From Octopus vulgaris (lineage: Eukaryota), in NCBI GenBank assembly GCA_951406725.2, contig OX597824.1, positions 61,690,001-61,754,000 on the forward strand: a stretch of DNA of 64,000 nucleotides. Direction: 5' to 3'. Of this stretch, positions 13,436 to 26,541 are shown piece after piece (position 1 is the first letter of the stretch; each line of letters begins with the position of its first letter). The notes below the pieces were generated by a model that was not told the DNA's origin, ran no database searches, and saw only the letters and a program-made list of their open reading frames with translations. The position numbers and the translations under genes were made by a program.

Positions 13436-14329
13436 TCTTAGGAATATTATTTCTCTTTCCATGTAATCCATGTTTTTTTTCAGGCTATGCTATTATGCTA
13501 ATTAATAATGTGTGAAATGTATCAATCATCGGTGACGTTGATAATTTTTTCTTTACCCCAATGATGCCGGTGACACATATCAAAAGTCCCCTTATAGAAC
13601 TATATTCATACAAAAAGTATAGAACTATATTATCACCCTCAAATGTGAAAAACAAACACTCATAATTTTATTTTTAAAAACTTCATTGCATGAGATTGAT
13701 ACCATGAAATTCCTCGAATTTCCCTCATTTAAGCTTAATTAAAATATAGTTTCTTATTTATAAAAAAGTTCATTATACTTACATCCAATTTTTTACTTAT
13801 ATCATTTTTCATGATATTGTACCTCACAACTCTTTTGATACGAACTTTTATTTCATAGGACCAAAACTATGAAATTTCTCAAGCTTTCTTCTATCATTGA
13901 AGCTAAGATAAATATATGTTGCTTTTAAAATAAAAAAAAGTTATTTAGATCTAAAATTGACTGGGAGCGTTACTTACTCTCCTATAACGTTTATGTAAAC
14001 TTTTTCTACTGAACCAATTTGTTTACGCCAAAATGTAGCTAGGAACCAGTACTCTTCACAACTGTTAAGAGTTTTCAATTTGGGTAAGAACTGAATTAGC
14101 AAAAAGCTCTGAAAAATGCTGCGTGTGGGTAAATTGTGGCCTTACGAATATTGTTCAAATACTTCCATAAATGAATGATTAGTCATCTAGTGCCTTTTAA
14201 GGTGACTTCAGTAGCGAAAGAAGATAAGTACTAAGTATTCAGTATATTGTCAACACAGGAAACATGATGGAGATATTACACTGATCTGAATCGCATGAAA
14301 AGATAGGACTCGTTTAGTAAAATGCATTT

Positions 14330-14600
14330 TAATAATAATAATAATAATAAATGCGCCCTTTTAAAGCCTAGCCAGGCTCATGGGCGCAGTTTTCCGGTTT
14401 CTATGGCGTATGTATTCCCCAGCTGGACGAGACGCCAGTCCATTGCAGTGCTACTCATTTTTACCAGCTGAGTGGACTGGAGCAACGTGAAATGACGTGT
14501 TTTGCTCAAGAACACAACGCGTCGCCCGGTCCAGGAATCGAAACCACAATCTTACGATCATGATGCTGACACATTAACCACTAAGTCACGCGTCTCCACA
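14330..14600 (-). mobile_element. tRNA-derived SINE, family C, with (TTA)n tail
   Basis: Head GGAGACGCGTGACTTAGTGG (A box), GGTTTCGATTCC (B box), TTGCTCCAGTCCACTCAGCTG body. ACAAAATGCATTTT-like sequence on both flanks (~14318 and ~14598) resembles a TSD. Confidence 0.85.
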
Positions 14601-16309
14601 AAATGCATTTTACAAATATAATATCTGTTTGATGGGTAAAGCTATGTCATCGATAAAATGGAATCACATTAACTATAAATTAGTTCTACCTCATATATAA
14701 TGAAAAAGGGACAATATAAAAGTTCACGATTATTCTGTAACTGTTGCTGGCGTCGTCAATATTCATTTAGCATCGAAACCAGATCAGTGCTTTTTAGATT
14801 CAAAGAGAACTTTTACACATGGAGCAAAGTGAATCCCACAGAATATTTATATATTGTGTCATGTGACTCACTTCAAGTGACTTATTTTCATGAATTTTTA
14901 AGTCATAAGGGAAATGGTATTCACCAAGTTTATAAATACGTTACTTTCATAGTTTAGTATGGTCGTATCTCATGTACAACAGACATTGTAAAATATTATT
15001 TAGATGAAATATATCATTATTAAGCTTCAAAAATTAAACATGAAGAAAATGAAACTATAATAGTAAGTGGGAAGTTTGAAAATATCGCGCGGAGAAAATG
15101 GAACGGAAGAAGTGGAACACAAATTCCAATAATATATTTGAATATCTAATTTACTGTGAAACAGAATAGATTTGTCATTCTGCAAGAAAGAACTTCATAG
15201 TTTACTAGATCAGTTATTAACCTAGCTTGTCAAGATAAAAGGAAACTCTCACAAATCATAGGTTTATATTTCATGGCGAGTGGATGTGTGGGTCTGTTTT
15301 CCTGGATGGATTACAGAAAAAGAAAACAAAAATGCAAAAGAAACGATAATCAAATAATCAAATAGATAAATGGTTATGTTTCATCTGACTTCTCTCCGAA
15401 ACACAGCAACGCCAGTAATAAAATAAAAAAAACGTGTTATGTAGTGTAGGAATTTTACAATGACCAGTTTTCAATTAGTGAAAGCTAATTGAATGCCTAA
15501 AATTTAAACAAAGAACAACTTATTACAAGATCAGAATACGTTAGCTATACTATTTGTTAGCGTGATAACTATATATCAGTTGACAACTTTGAAGCCTAAT
15601 AGATTTCCGATGCTTGTGTTAATATCAGAATGGATATGTATCTTCCTTTCTATCAATCAGTAATATCTGTAGCAATCTGTTGTAGCTTATACATCACACT
15701 TCGAGCCTCCACGTATATTGCGTGAGTTACACGATAAATCAGAGTTAGAAAACACCCCATCAAAACCAGTGGAATAGGAACAATTAATTATGGTGACGAC
15801 GATACTTCTTTCCGTTGTCATGTAATAAATGGTACCTTTGTTGCATAGTTTTACTTTCTAGAATGATCAACCACGTCTTGTTTTTTTCATTTTGTGTCTG
15901 AAAATTTGCTAATATAGCTGAGAAATATTTAAGAAATAGTTAAGAAATATATAAGGTGGAAATTAATGAAAGAATAAAACTGGTAGAATATCTTTCTAGT
16001 TCTGTTATCCTATGTTCTTCATTCACTTTTGATTCGCATTGGAATATTTCTTTAGCTGAGACGAACAGGTAATAGTTTCTACGTTTCGCTTTCCACTTTT
16101 ACCCAACTACCATCCTTTTCAACTTTGTCCTGTTCTTTTCGCCACCATTAGTCCATTTCTGCCTTCTGATATTAGTCATATACTTTATTGAAAATAAGTA
16201 CAGTGAGGTAGACGTTCCTCGTATCGTATTTGAATAACCACTTAATGAAACGTCGTTTATCAGATATGAAAACCACGGACTCTACACATGCATATAGATA
16301 TACACACAA

Positions 16310-16352
<43 letters not shown>

Positions 16353-17927
16353 TACACATACACGCACGCATCTCTGTGGTTTGACAATGCAGATTTCATA
16401 GTCAAAACCTCAGGTAACTGAAGCATCTTAAAAAATAACCTGAAGAGTGTCTATTAAAGTTATATTAATAGCATAATATAATGTATTAATTGAAAGACAA
16501 TGTAGACTAACGTTCAATAAATACCAGCCCCTGGTAATTACAAGATAACAGTAGTCAGTGACTAAAAATCAGTGTTTATGTGCTCATTAAACAATCACCA
16601 GTTTTATTGCAACTGTTTACGACGAAATGAAAATAATGTATGAATAATAAATGCTTCAGACAAACGGTCCAATACAGAAGGGTTTACCTTGCTGCTTGAT
16701 TTGCTAGACATAGATAGACAATCTCTTTGAAATCATGCTGCATCGTCTTAAAATTATAATAATGTACAAATTATCTCCCCCGAAGGACATAGATTCTCCC
16801 TTCCTCTCTTTCTCCATCTCTTTCTCTCACCCTTTCAGTCTCTCATTCCCTGCCATAGCATCACGTCCCACAAGCAACAAACACGGGATTTAAAAGTGAA
16901 ATATTTTCAAGAATATTTTAAATCATTGCGAGAAATAAAAATGTTTTCACATTTATTTAACCTAATGTTGTTAGTTAACATGCTAAGCGTTTGTGTCGGC
17001 CTTTTTTCGAGTAGCGTGCGTATTGTGAAAAAATCATATGGTTAATGGACAATATGTCCAATTTTTCGGCATATTTGGCATTAGAATTTATTTCCTTTGA
17101 CCTCATTTATGAATTGTTTATAAATTTAACCGTTAAAGGTATTTTTTAATATGCTGGCCATTGATAACATTTTTTTCGAGAAAATATTTTTTTTTCGAAA
17201 AGAATTTTATCCTCACATTTGATATATATATATATACAATTACACATATGACTGTGTGTATACGTGTATGCGTGTTTTCAGAGAAGGAAAAGACAGCAAT
17301 GATTATATCGTAGTTTATTATTCATGTCATTTATCCAGCATATATATTTCTTGATTAAATTAACTCCTCTTAAGCAGCTTAAACAATTTCCTTAAGGTAA
17401 TATTTATCGCATATTCTGTCTATTTTAATTAATTTCTACACAAAACATATTTATTACATTTAAATTTCGTACGTTCTGCTATTAAAAACGTTGAAAACGA
17501 ACATTTGAAGTTGTGCCTGTGAAGCAAATTAATGTTTTTTACAAGTGTATATATAAGTATTAACGAGCTAGATACGGTCTGTAAACGCACATGAGATAAG
17601 AAATAGTGGATTTATCATATATCCTGCAGTGTTTTGCCGATGTAGGTAGATATATGCTTTGTAGGTATTTACAACATGAACGACGCTGTAAGCAATGAAT
17701 ACTTAAACATTAACAACATATTAGAATAAAAAATAATAATGATAAAAAAATAAAAAAGAACAGCGTATTTGAGAGATGTACGCAGCATCCTATGTAAATT
17801 CTACAGAGCAAATTCTCGAATAGTTAAATCACAGGATGATCATATAGCAAATGAGCAGCTTAAAATGGTACACGTAATATATCAAATATTTTGCATAATG
17901 AATTTGTATCGGTGTCTAATATACACA

Positions 17928-18257
17928 GCGACGTGCCTTAGCATTTAGCGTATTCGGTTAATGTTCGTATCGTGTTGATTTAATTCCTGACGGAGCGTTG
18001 TGTCCTTGATCAAGCCAATCTGTCTTCACGTTGCTCCAGTCCACTCAGTACTCTTTTACTTATTTCAGTCGTTTGACTGCGGCCATGCTGGAGCACCGCC
18101 TTTAGCCGAGCACATTGAACACATGAGTTATTCTTTGTAAGCCTTGTACATATTCTATCGGTCTATTTTGCCGAACCGCTAAGTTACGGGAACGCAAACA
18201 CACCAACATCGGTTTTCAAGTGATGTTGGGGGGACAAACACAAACACACACATACAC

Positions 18258-18309
<52 letters not shown>

Positions 18310-18672
18310 TACGGATTTCTTTCAGTTTCCGTCTACCAAATCCACCCATGAGGGTTTGGTTGGTCGGAGGCTTTAGTAGAAGATACTTGCCCAACGTGAC
18401 ACGCAGTAGGACTGAACCCGGAACCATGTGGTTGGTAAGCAAGCTACTTACCACACACCCCTGCTCCAAAAAGTTGGCAAATATTGTTTTGTATCTGTAA
18501 TTCAAAGTGCCAGCCTTGTCACAAGCGGTGCATCGCGCTGAATCTTCCTGCGGAATAACAACGTTAAGAGTGTCTGGAGTGCTCAACCATTTGCACGTTA
18601 ATTTCGCGAGTTGGCTATTCCGTTGATCGAAACAACTGGAAACCTCGTCGTGGTAACGAACAGAGTACCAGC
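17928..18672 (+). mobile_element. SINE with a family-C head, interrupted by a family B SINE
   Basis: Head and body 17928-18050 (..TTGCTCCAGTCCACTCAG). A distinct tail resumes at ~18470-18672; a similar tail is seen at 38230-38340. Confidence 0.55.
18050..18466 (-). mobile_element. SINE family B, well preserved, with an uninterrupted head
   Basis: Minus strand GTGTGTGGTAAGTAGCTTGCTTACCAACCACATGGTTCCGGGTTCAGTCC. This serves as the in-window empty-site reference for the split copy at 48.7/56.7 kb. Confidence 0.9.
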
Positions 18673-18845
18673 TGCATACATACATTCATTCTTCCTCACT
18701 CTCTCTTACACACACCATGTATATATAAATTATGCCAGGGATACCGATATTACGCTTTCCACTAACTTGAGAGCTTATAATGAAATATAGCTATATGAAG
18801 TTCAATGCAACTGGTTATTAGTATCGGTATACCTAAGCGAGATCA

Positions 18846-18887
<42 letters not shown>

Positions 18888-18977
18888 TAGTTAATCCAAA
18901 CATGAAAACGCAACAACGCGAGGACGTTGAACAAATATTGTATTATTGGACGCTCGGGAAGGAAGGAAAGAAGGAGG

Positions 18978-19012
18978 GTTTAACGTTTCGAGTGAAGCTC
19001 TTCGTCAGAAAC
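18978..19012 (-). ncRNA. Minimal type-I hammerhead ribozyme (PLE-type)
   Basis: Minus strand GUUU-CUGACGA-A-GAG(cuuca)CUC-GAAA-CG-UU-AAAC: intact CUGANGA and GAAA core, stems I and II, and palindromic AACGUU in place of stem III. Confidence 0.75.
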
Positions 19013-19198
19013 ATAGGAAAAGAAAAGATCCAAAGAAGGGAAGACGGAGGAAAAAATCGCCAACAGTACACGCGCGCGCGCGCGCGTGTGTGTGTAATAG
19101 TGAAGCATATTTCAGTTGATCACTGATGCCAGCACAGTTAGAATGCAGAGATTCTGTCACGCTTTGTGTTCTCAATCGATAAAAGATTCCCAATTACA

Positions 19199-19915
19199 TA
19201 CGAGGTCTAATGTATAAGTTTGTAGCTGTAGTAACGAAGCTAATTTAGGCAGAGTAAATCCGCTTGGTAAAGATTGACCTTGAAATCTGCTGTGCATGTG
19301 CACTACGTTTTAACGTTCCGGCTTACTTCCGCTGATTGGAAGTAATTGGAAGGAATGTGTGTAGTGTGTGATCATACCTTGACCATGACAGAAAGTTGTC
19401 ATGGCCATACCTGCTCAGTGGCTTAAGCAAAGTTGCTGAAAGTGTATGGAAAGGAGTGTACGAGCAGCATACAAGTGTTCAGGCGTTTCAGAGTATTCAG
19501 AGGATGTGCAGATCAGTTACGGTTCAGTATAGTCCATTATGAATGAAGAATTTTGGTATGAAGCAAGTGTCTGCCAGATTTGTGCCAAAACTGATTTCAG
19601 CTGACCAAAAATCCACTCGGGATTCATTTGCACAAAATCTTGATTGTGTCGAGAACGATGAAAACGTTTTGAAATCTTTGCGTAGGCCTCTGAGCAGGTA
19701 TCGCCAACCGTTGACAAAATTTGACAAAATTTCTCTGTCATGGTCAATGCGACGATCACAAGTTACGCACCTTCATTTCAAGCACTACTGTAAAGAGCAG
19801 AAGTGAACTAGGACGTTAAAAGTTTGTGCACATGCACAACAGAGTTCAGAAATTGTGATTGCATAAGAAATTCTAATTGCAAAACTTCTAATTCACGGAA
19901 ATTGTAAAGCCCTAG
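19199..19915 (+). mobile_element. Mariner-derived element with an inverted duplicate of its 5' part
   Basis: Starts TACGAGGTCT; encodes FGMKQVSARFVPKLISADQK (WVP-equivalent linker). 19670-19850 is a diverged reverse complement of ~19285-19435. Confidence 0.65.
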
Positions 19916-19973
19916 TCTCCTGCGGGATTTAGCTTTCAGCGTGGCTCTACAAGCAAACCGAATTACGATGCAT

Positions 19974-20027
19974 ATCACGATACGTATCGCCAAATCACGA
20001 TACCTATCGCCAAATCACGATACGTAT
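19974..20027. repeat. 20-bp tandem repeat, ~2.7 copies (ATCACGATACGTATCGCCAA)
   Basis: Directly visible. Confidence 0.9.
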
Positions 20028-20109
20028 GCTTTTTGTATTATCTCATGAGCAGCCACCAATTTACTCCTTAAACCCTCAATTTGTTTCAGCGAGTAACAGT
20101 TCAAATTTC

Positions 20110-20896
20110 TCAAAATTAAGATAAACAAAGTTGCTTTTCATCTAAAATATACTCTCCTTCATTTTCTACAATGTTCTTCCTTCAATTTATCTGGTAGACT
20201 TGCAAAGCCCCTCTTCCAAAATTCACTTGTCCGTGACGAAAAATACTCCTCAAGTACAGTTCCGACATTGTCTACAAAATTCATATTTTTCCGTCCAAAT
20301 GATTTTAAAGACTGAAATAAATGATAATCAGATAGGGCAATGTGCGGCGAATATGATGTTCGGCGCATCGTTTCCAATTCAAGCTGCTCCTGCCTTTGGA
20401 ATGTCATCCTCGCTGTATGCGGCCGAGCATTATCTTGATGGAAGAACACTTTTCGTCTTGAAACCAAAGATGGTAGTTTTTTTTTATTTTAGCTGACTTA
20501 AATGACTGATTGAATGACGAAATCCAAGATTGTCTGCTAGATCTTCAACAGTTACGATGGGATTTTCTTCCACTAGGGTATGCAAGACGTCCTCGTCGTG
20601 CTCTACAGATCTTTCAGGACGTGACTCGTCTACGAGGTCGTAGTTTCCGGCTCATAATTTCTGGAACCACTGTTGACACGGGCTTACACTTATTGTCCGG
20701 TCCCTCATATACTGTATTAATATCCATCGCACTTCCTGTTGCGTTGTTGCCTTTATTGAACTCATAAAGCAAACTATGCCAAATATGCTCCTTTATCACT
20801 AACACTATAGCAAGTTGATGCAGGTAGTTTATCCCGTCACCTTCCGACTTTTATTTCATGCAGTTCACAAAACTGCATTATTTATGGGATTACTTA

Positions 20897-20899
<3 letters not shown>
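20110..20899 (-). mobile_element. Mariner (DD34D) remnant with internal deletion
   Basis: HIWHSLLYEFNKGNNATGSA (HTH), FHQDNARPH, YSPHIALSDYHLFQSL. The TIR TATTAAGTAATCCCATAAATAATGC at the right end matches the TIR of the 35-kb copy. Confidence 0.9.
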
Positions 20900-20937
<38 letters not shown>

Positions 20938-20967
20938 AGTATGTATATATATATGTACACATATGAG

Positions 20968-21034
<67 letters not shown>

Positions 21035-21054
21035 TTATCTCTCTCTCTCTCTCC

Positions 21055-21092
<38 letters not shown>

Positions 21093-22384
21093 GCCTACAC
21101 CCACATAAAGAAGCAGATGCATAGACAGGCAGGCTTACACACAGAGAAAATACTTCATTATACATGAATTCTATTCTATTTAAGATACTATATTTTGCTG
21201 AATCTAATCTCTCTTGAGATCAATCACATTTCATTTCTATTTCAGTGATCATAACATCTACATGAGTAATTATCCCCACTGTCGTATAGGAATTACAATT
21301 ATCGCATTACATAATCTATTAATGAGTCATTCACCGACAACGGTTACAAGTGTTCTTGACCCAAAATCCAGGAACATATTTCTGCGACTCAGTTTCGATA
21401 CCTGATTGAATTGAGTACAATACATCCGCTCACCACTGACCTCACCGATGCCCTTCCTAAATTCAAAAATATTTGGCTCGTGCTGTTCATCACAATATAA
21501 AGTCTCATTGCGAAGGATAAAATATTGCAATGATTGGGGCAACGATGCCTCCACTCTTCCTTAGTTTATGTCTTTGTGTGATTGTATTATAAATTTTTAA
21601 ACTTCATTTTACTATTCCCTTAATTTCCCTCTTACATTTTACTACTTCAGAATCTGTTTTAAAGTAGGCAAGGATACAAGTGACAACATAACCGGATAGA
21701 TGCAAAAGACAATATGATAAACACACACGCATACACACACACATACACACACATATACCCCAAAACACACTCACACACACACACACAGACTTGTGCGTGT
21801 GCGTGCGTACTTTGTTCTCATTAAGATTTGTGTCATCAAATGTATTTCTGTTGCTTGCATAGGGAAATGTAGCAATTATATATAGACACACACACACACA
21901 TACACACACACACACACACACACAAATATACACTATATACACATTACATACAATACCACATGAAAGTGTAGGTGCTCGACTCTATATTGGATGAGAGTAC
22001 TCGAAGTTTCACAAGACTAAGAGGGATTTAAAATAAATTTACAGGTTACAGGAGGTGTCTTATAAGAATATATTCATTTCTATCGCCGTTATAGTAACCC
22101 CAGTGAACCCAATTTTGACAAAAATTTGAGGGACAAGTCATATAAGAATTAAGACACTCTCATAAGTTACATCCGTTCAGTTTCGTGTAACCTTGTGTAT
22201 TATCATCCTCGTGTATCATCATTCAAATTGGAGATGAGTACCAACACTTCCATGTTCAGCGCTTGAACAACTGTGAAGATTTCTTCACATGAAACCATTC
22301 GCTGCTTTGCTAAACTACAGAGAAAGAATACTTAACCAGCAAAACGGTGTTGAACACTCATTCTCAATCTCCGATATTAGAGTA

Positions 22385-22432
22385 TTCATACATACATACA
22401 CACATATATACATACATACATACATACACACA

Positions 22433-22464
<32 letters not shown>

Positions 22465-22650
22465 CATATACATACACACATACATACATACATACATACA
22501 TATACACATACATACATACATACACACATACATACATACATACACACATACACACACACACATATTTACATATGTATACATATATATGGATATACATACT
22601 CTCTCGCACACTCACACTCTTACATTCACACACACGCACACACACTCATA
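22385..22650. repeat. (CATA)n/(CA)n microsatellite
   Basis: Directly visible; explains the His/Thr/Ile-rich ORFs. Confidence 0.95.
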
Positions 22651-24765
22651 GACTGGTTGTAAGTGAAGGAGTGTGATCTGGTCGGTATACTTCAATTCAA
22701 CTTTCATAAAAATAGTTCAAGAATAAAGGAATAGCAACATATATCACAGTCTTTTTTTTTGTAGGCGTCAGACAATTGGGAATTCAAATGCAAGCTTCGG
22801 ACATTTATAAATTGTAAAAATATCTCGAGTAGTTAATGGTGGCCGGAAGCAAAACAGCCGATATATCTCGCCTGGTTGTCTTTTGATTTATTGATTCCGC
22901 CATTCGTTACACGGCATTTACATTCAGCTGCATGCTATCAACCGAAATAAAGAAAAATTCAGGCTTAGCATCAAACGTCTAAACTTTCAGCATTTAAAAC
23001 AAGCATTTAACTAGAAATATAGAAATATCGGAAAAGGTTCAGGCAGTTTCAACCTGTTCAATACAGCAAACAAAACCCAAATCAAATGTCAATATAATTC
23101 TGTAATAAATTATTTTAGCGTCATTTTAGACCCATGTTTTGTCTCGAATACGAATTCGTACATCATGCAGCACGTTTTAGTATGAATATTTCCAAAATAT
23201 TTTTCGTAATCTCTTAACAGTCAAGTTCATAATGGGAAAATTTTAAAACAAATTATTATTTTTATTATCGAAGTTTATGATGTGTTTCCATCTTTGAATA
23301 TCTCTCATATTTAATTGATATCACCCTTTCTACCTCTCCTTTCTAACGTGTGTTCAAAAACAGATTGGTTTTATTCAATAATAAAATATTGACCAACTAA
23401 ACATTCGATTTACATTAAATCTGAAATACTTAATCATTGGAAATTATCAAGACACATTTCTAAAATAGAATTCACAGTAAAAAAAATTCAATCAATGCTG
23501 AAAGACAGAAATAAATTAATCATAAAGACGATAGAAACTATTTTTTCTCAAAGTTAATTTTGACTTTGAAAATAAATGTTCATTTTGTCAATGAAAATAT
23601 TCAACTTACTGCAGTTACTCAGACATACTTTTTTCAAGTGTATCAGCTTCGATTAAATTCAGTTCAGTTGCTTGTTTATTGTTTGATTTTGAAATATATT
23701 TACGTAATCTATATTAAATGTGTATCTTAGTAATATCTAACTTTTTCGAGTTTGTATTAATTTCACTGAAATCTAAAACAAAATAATGCAACACAGAAAA
23801 AAAGAAGATAATAAAGTTACACAAAGAGAAAATAGTTACTAAAAGATAATTCAATTTACGTACTTCGTAGTGAACGCATGTACAAGATTTCTGAAATTAA
23901 TGCAAGCCCATTAAGACAATGCTCTCTGTGTTCATTCTGATTGATAATATTAAATCTATTTAAATGATTTATTTTCACTGAAAGCATTTTAATATTAATT
24001 ACTTATTGCAACCTTAAATTATCTTGTGTACTTAATCTATGATTTTACAACTGTTCTTGTAGAATTTACTTGGAACTGTAATAATTGTTTATAAACTCGG
24101 CACACAACCGCCTAAATTTGGGAGGAAGGAGGCGATTAAACCGACTCCAATACATCACTGGTACTTTATTTTATCATCAACGCTCTAATGGTAGTGCTTA
24201 CGCATTGCTCGAGAGTATTGTCACATAAAACAACACACGCACACACACACATATACAGAAATACGCATACACAGATATATTATGAAGTAACCTCTTTTTG
24301 AGTGAGATTTGTGTAATATTTGTGTAATATTTATTGTAATATTTAAAAAAAAAAGTCTCGATAATTTCTGGTACTTTTTAAAGATGGTTGCCTTTACATC
24401 AGGTAACTCTATTTGCAAAGAAACATATCGAATTTGGATTAATATCAGATCATAGATTCATCTCAGAGGTGTGTCTCCTGCGGATTTCTATTAGTTTCAC
24501 TTTTTAGAATTTGATATATATTTCAATTTCACCTCCTTTTAAGTAATGTATAATTAGCCAAGACATTCTTTTCCTCTTTTCCCACTCAAACAGACTCATG
24601 CACAAAGGAAATATGTTTTACCGTGGGCATGAGATTAAGATTATAGACGAATGGAGACACAATTTAATGAAAGATGAGATTAGTTATACGATTTTGATGT
24701 GTTGTTTGTTGTCTTCATTACTGTGAAGATCGTAGAAATGAAACATTTTCTCGTAACCAATTAAA

Positions 24766-24940
24766 ATAGACGTCTGTTGCCAACAGCATCTCCACTGAAT
24801 ATATATATATATGCACGTGTGTGTATGCGTAGTGTGTGTATAAATATATATATATATATGCACGTGTGTGTATGCGTGTATAAATATATATATATTTATA
24901 TATATATATATATTTATACACACACCACGCATACACACAC

Positions 24941-24975
<35 letters not shown>

Positions 24976-25005
24976 GTGGAGAAGCTGTTGGCAACAGACG
25001 TCTAT
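24766..25005. repeat. Inverted repeat (~80-bp arms) centred on (TA)n
   Basis: ATAGACGTCTGTTGCCAACAGCATCTCCACTGAAT.. mirrored by ..ATTCAGTGGAGAAGCTGTTGGCAACAGACGTCTAT. Confidence 0.9.
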
Positions 25006-25086
25006 ATATATACATAACTATGTCTATACAACACTAACAGACACACACACATGCACACACTCACATACACACACACAAAGACACAC

Positions 25087-25121
<35 letters not shown>

Positions 25122-25182
25122 GGGTGTGTCTGTGTGCCTGTGTGTATGTATGATTATGTATACAAATGTGCATATGTGTATA

Positions 25183-25923
25183 TCTTTATATATATATAAC
25201 TGAGAGTGTGTGTTTGTCTATCTGTCTATCTGTCTGTCTATGTGTTTCCCTAAAACTTGAGAACTACACAACCAATTTCATTCAAATTTTACACATGTCT
25301 TACTTAGGGTCCATGTAGTTTCATGGGCAAATGAAATGTTCAACTTCTTGCCTAGAGCGAGCTCATAGCAATATCATATCTTCTCCACTATTTCAGTATT
25401 ACGTGTTAAAAGTGAAACAAAAATATTTCTCTATTTTATGTCAGATGCTTTCACTTTGAGAATAAAAATAATAATAACAATTGAATTATATGTAGTAAGT
25501 AATAATTAAAATCAAACTAAAGTATAATATAATCGTAACATAACAAAAGTAAAAATAGCAATTGGTATAAAATTGCATCAACGATTTGAACTTGAATAAG
25601 TGGTTTCGAATGAATGGGAATAAATTAAAACTAAAATTAGCGTGCAGAAAAGGAATAGTCCAGATGGATAATACAAAATTAAATTAAAGAAAAGACTATT
25701 GTCTATAAAGTATACAATGAAGAGAAAAAAGAAGAGCTAACAATTCCAGTCTGTTATATATTATGAGTATTGTTATCACTAGCGATATCAAGATATAACT
25801 TTGTATTTTGCATTTTATGTGTAGATGTATATATATAGATGTACATGTAATATGTACACATATATATACACATATATATATGCACTAGCACTATGACCCG
25901 GCAACGACGGGTCTTTAATGCTA

Positions 25924-25924
<1 letters not shown>
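25183..25924 (+). mobile_element. Non-autonomous Helitron (same family as 58069-59232)
   Basis: A|TC 5' end, (TCTG)n near the 5' end, 3' hairpin GACCCG-gcaacga-CGGGTC followed by CTAG|T, no TSD; colinear with the 58-kb copy. Confidence 0.85.
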
Positions 25925-25967
<43 letters not shown>

Positions 25968-25981
25968 TTATACATATATAT

Positions 25982-26012
<31 letters not shown>

Positions 26013-26014
<2 letters not shown>

Positions 26015-26242
26015 CTAGCATTAAAGACCCGTCGTTGCCGGGTCATAGTACAGAGGGCGAAATAAGACACATACAAACAGTAAACACACATACATATATA
26101 CACACATACAAACCATTACACACATAAACACACACAGCATACATACACATACCAAGAGAAATGGAAGGAAAAAAGACATAAAAGAAATAAGTAAATAATA
26201 TATACATGCACGCATATGACCGGCAACGACGGGTCTTTAATG

Positions 26243-26326
<84 letters not shown>

Positions 26327-26541
26327 AGCATTAAAGACCCGTCGTTGCCGGGTCATAGTGCTAGTGCATGTATATATTATTTACTTATTTACTTTTTTAT
26401 GTCTATTTTTCTCTTCTTTCCATTTCGTCTTAGGTATGTGTATGTATGCCTTTTGTGTGTGTTTATGTGTGTAATGGTTTGTATGTGTGTATATATGTGT
26501 ATGTGTGTTTACTGTTTGTATGTGTCTTATTTCGCCCTCTG
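26013..26541. repeat. Inverted duplications around (TA)n carrying three more copies of the Helitron 3' end
   Basis: 3'-end motif at ~26013-26047 (-), 26216-26245 (+) and 26325-26370 (-); 26048-26245 mirrors 26325-26541. Confidence 0.85.

Noticed and set aside
21240-21570. Non-repetitive-looking block after a polypyrimidine-CAG (possible host exon)
   Set aside because: No recognisable protein motif in any frame, no clear donor site and no partner exons; cannot be supported without transcripts.
22289-22676. ORFs rich in YI/CV/HT dipeptides here and throughout (1204, 36829, 46338, 47450, 60608 etc.)
   Set aside because: Translations of stop-free microsatellites.
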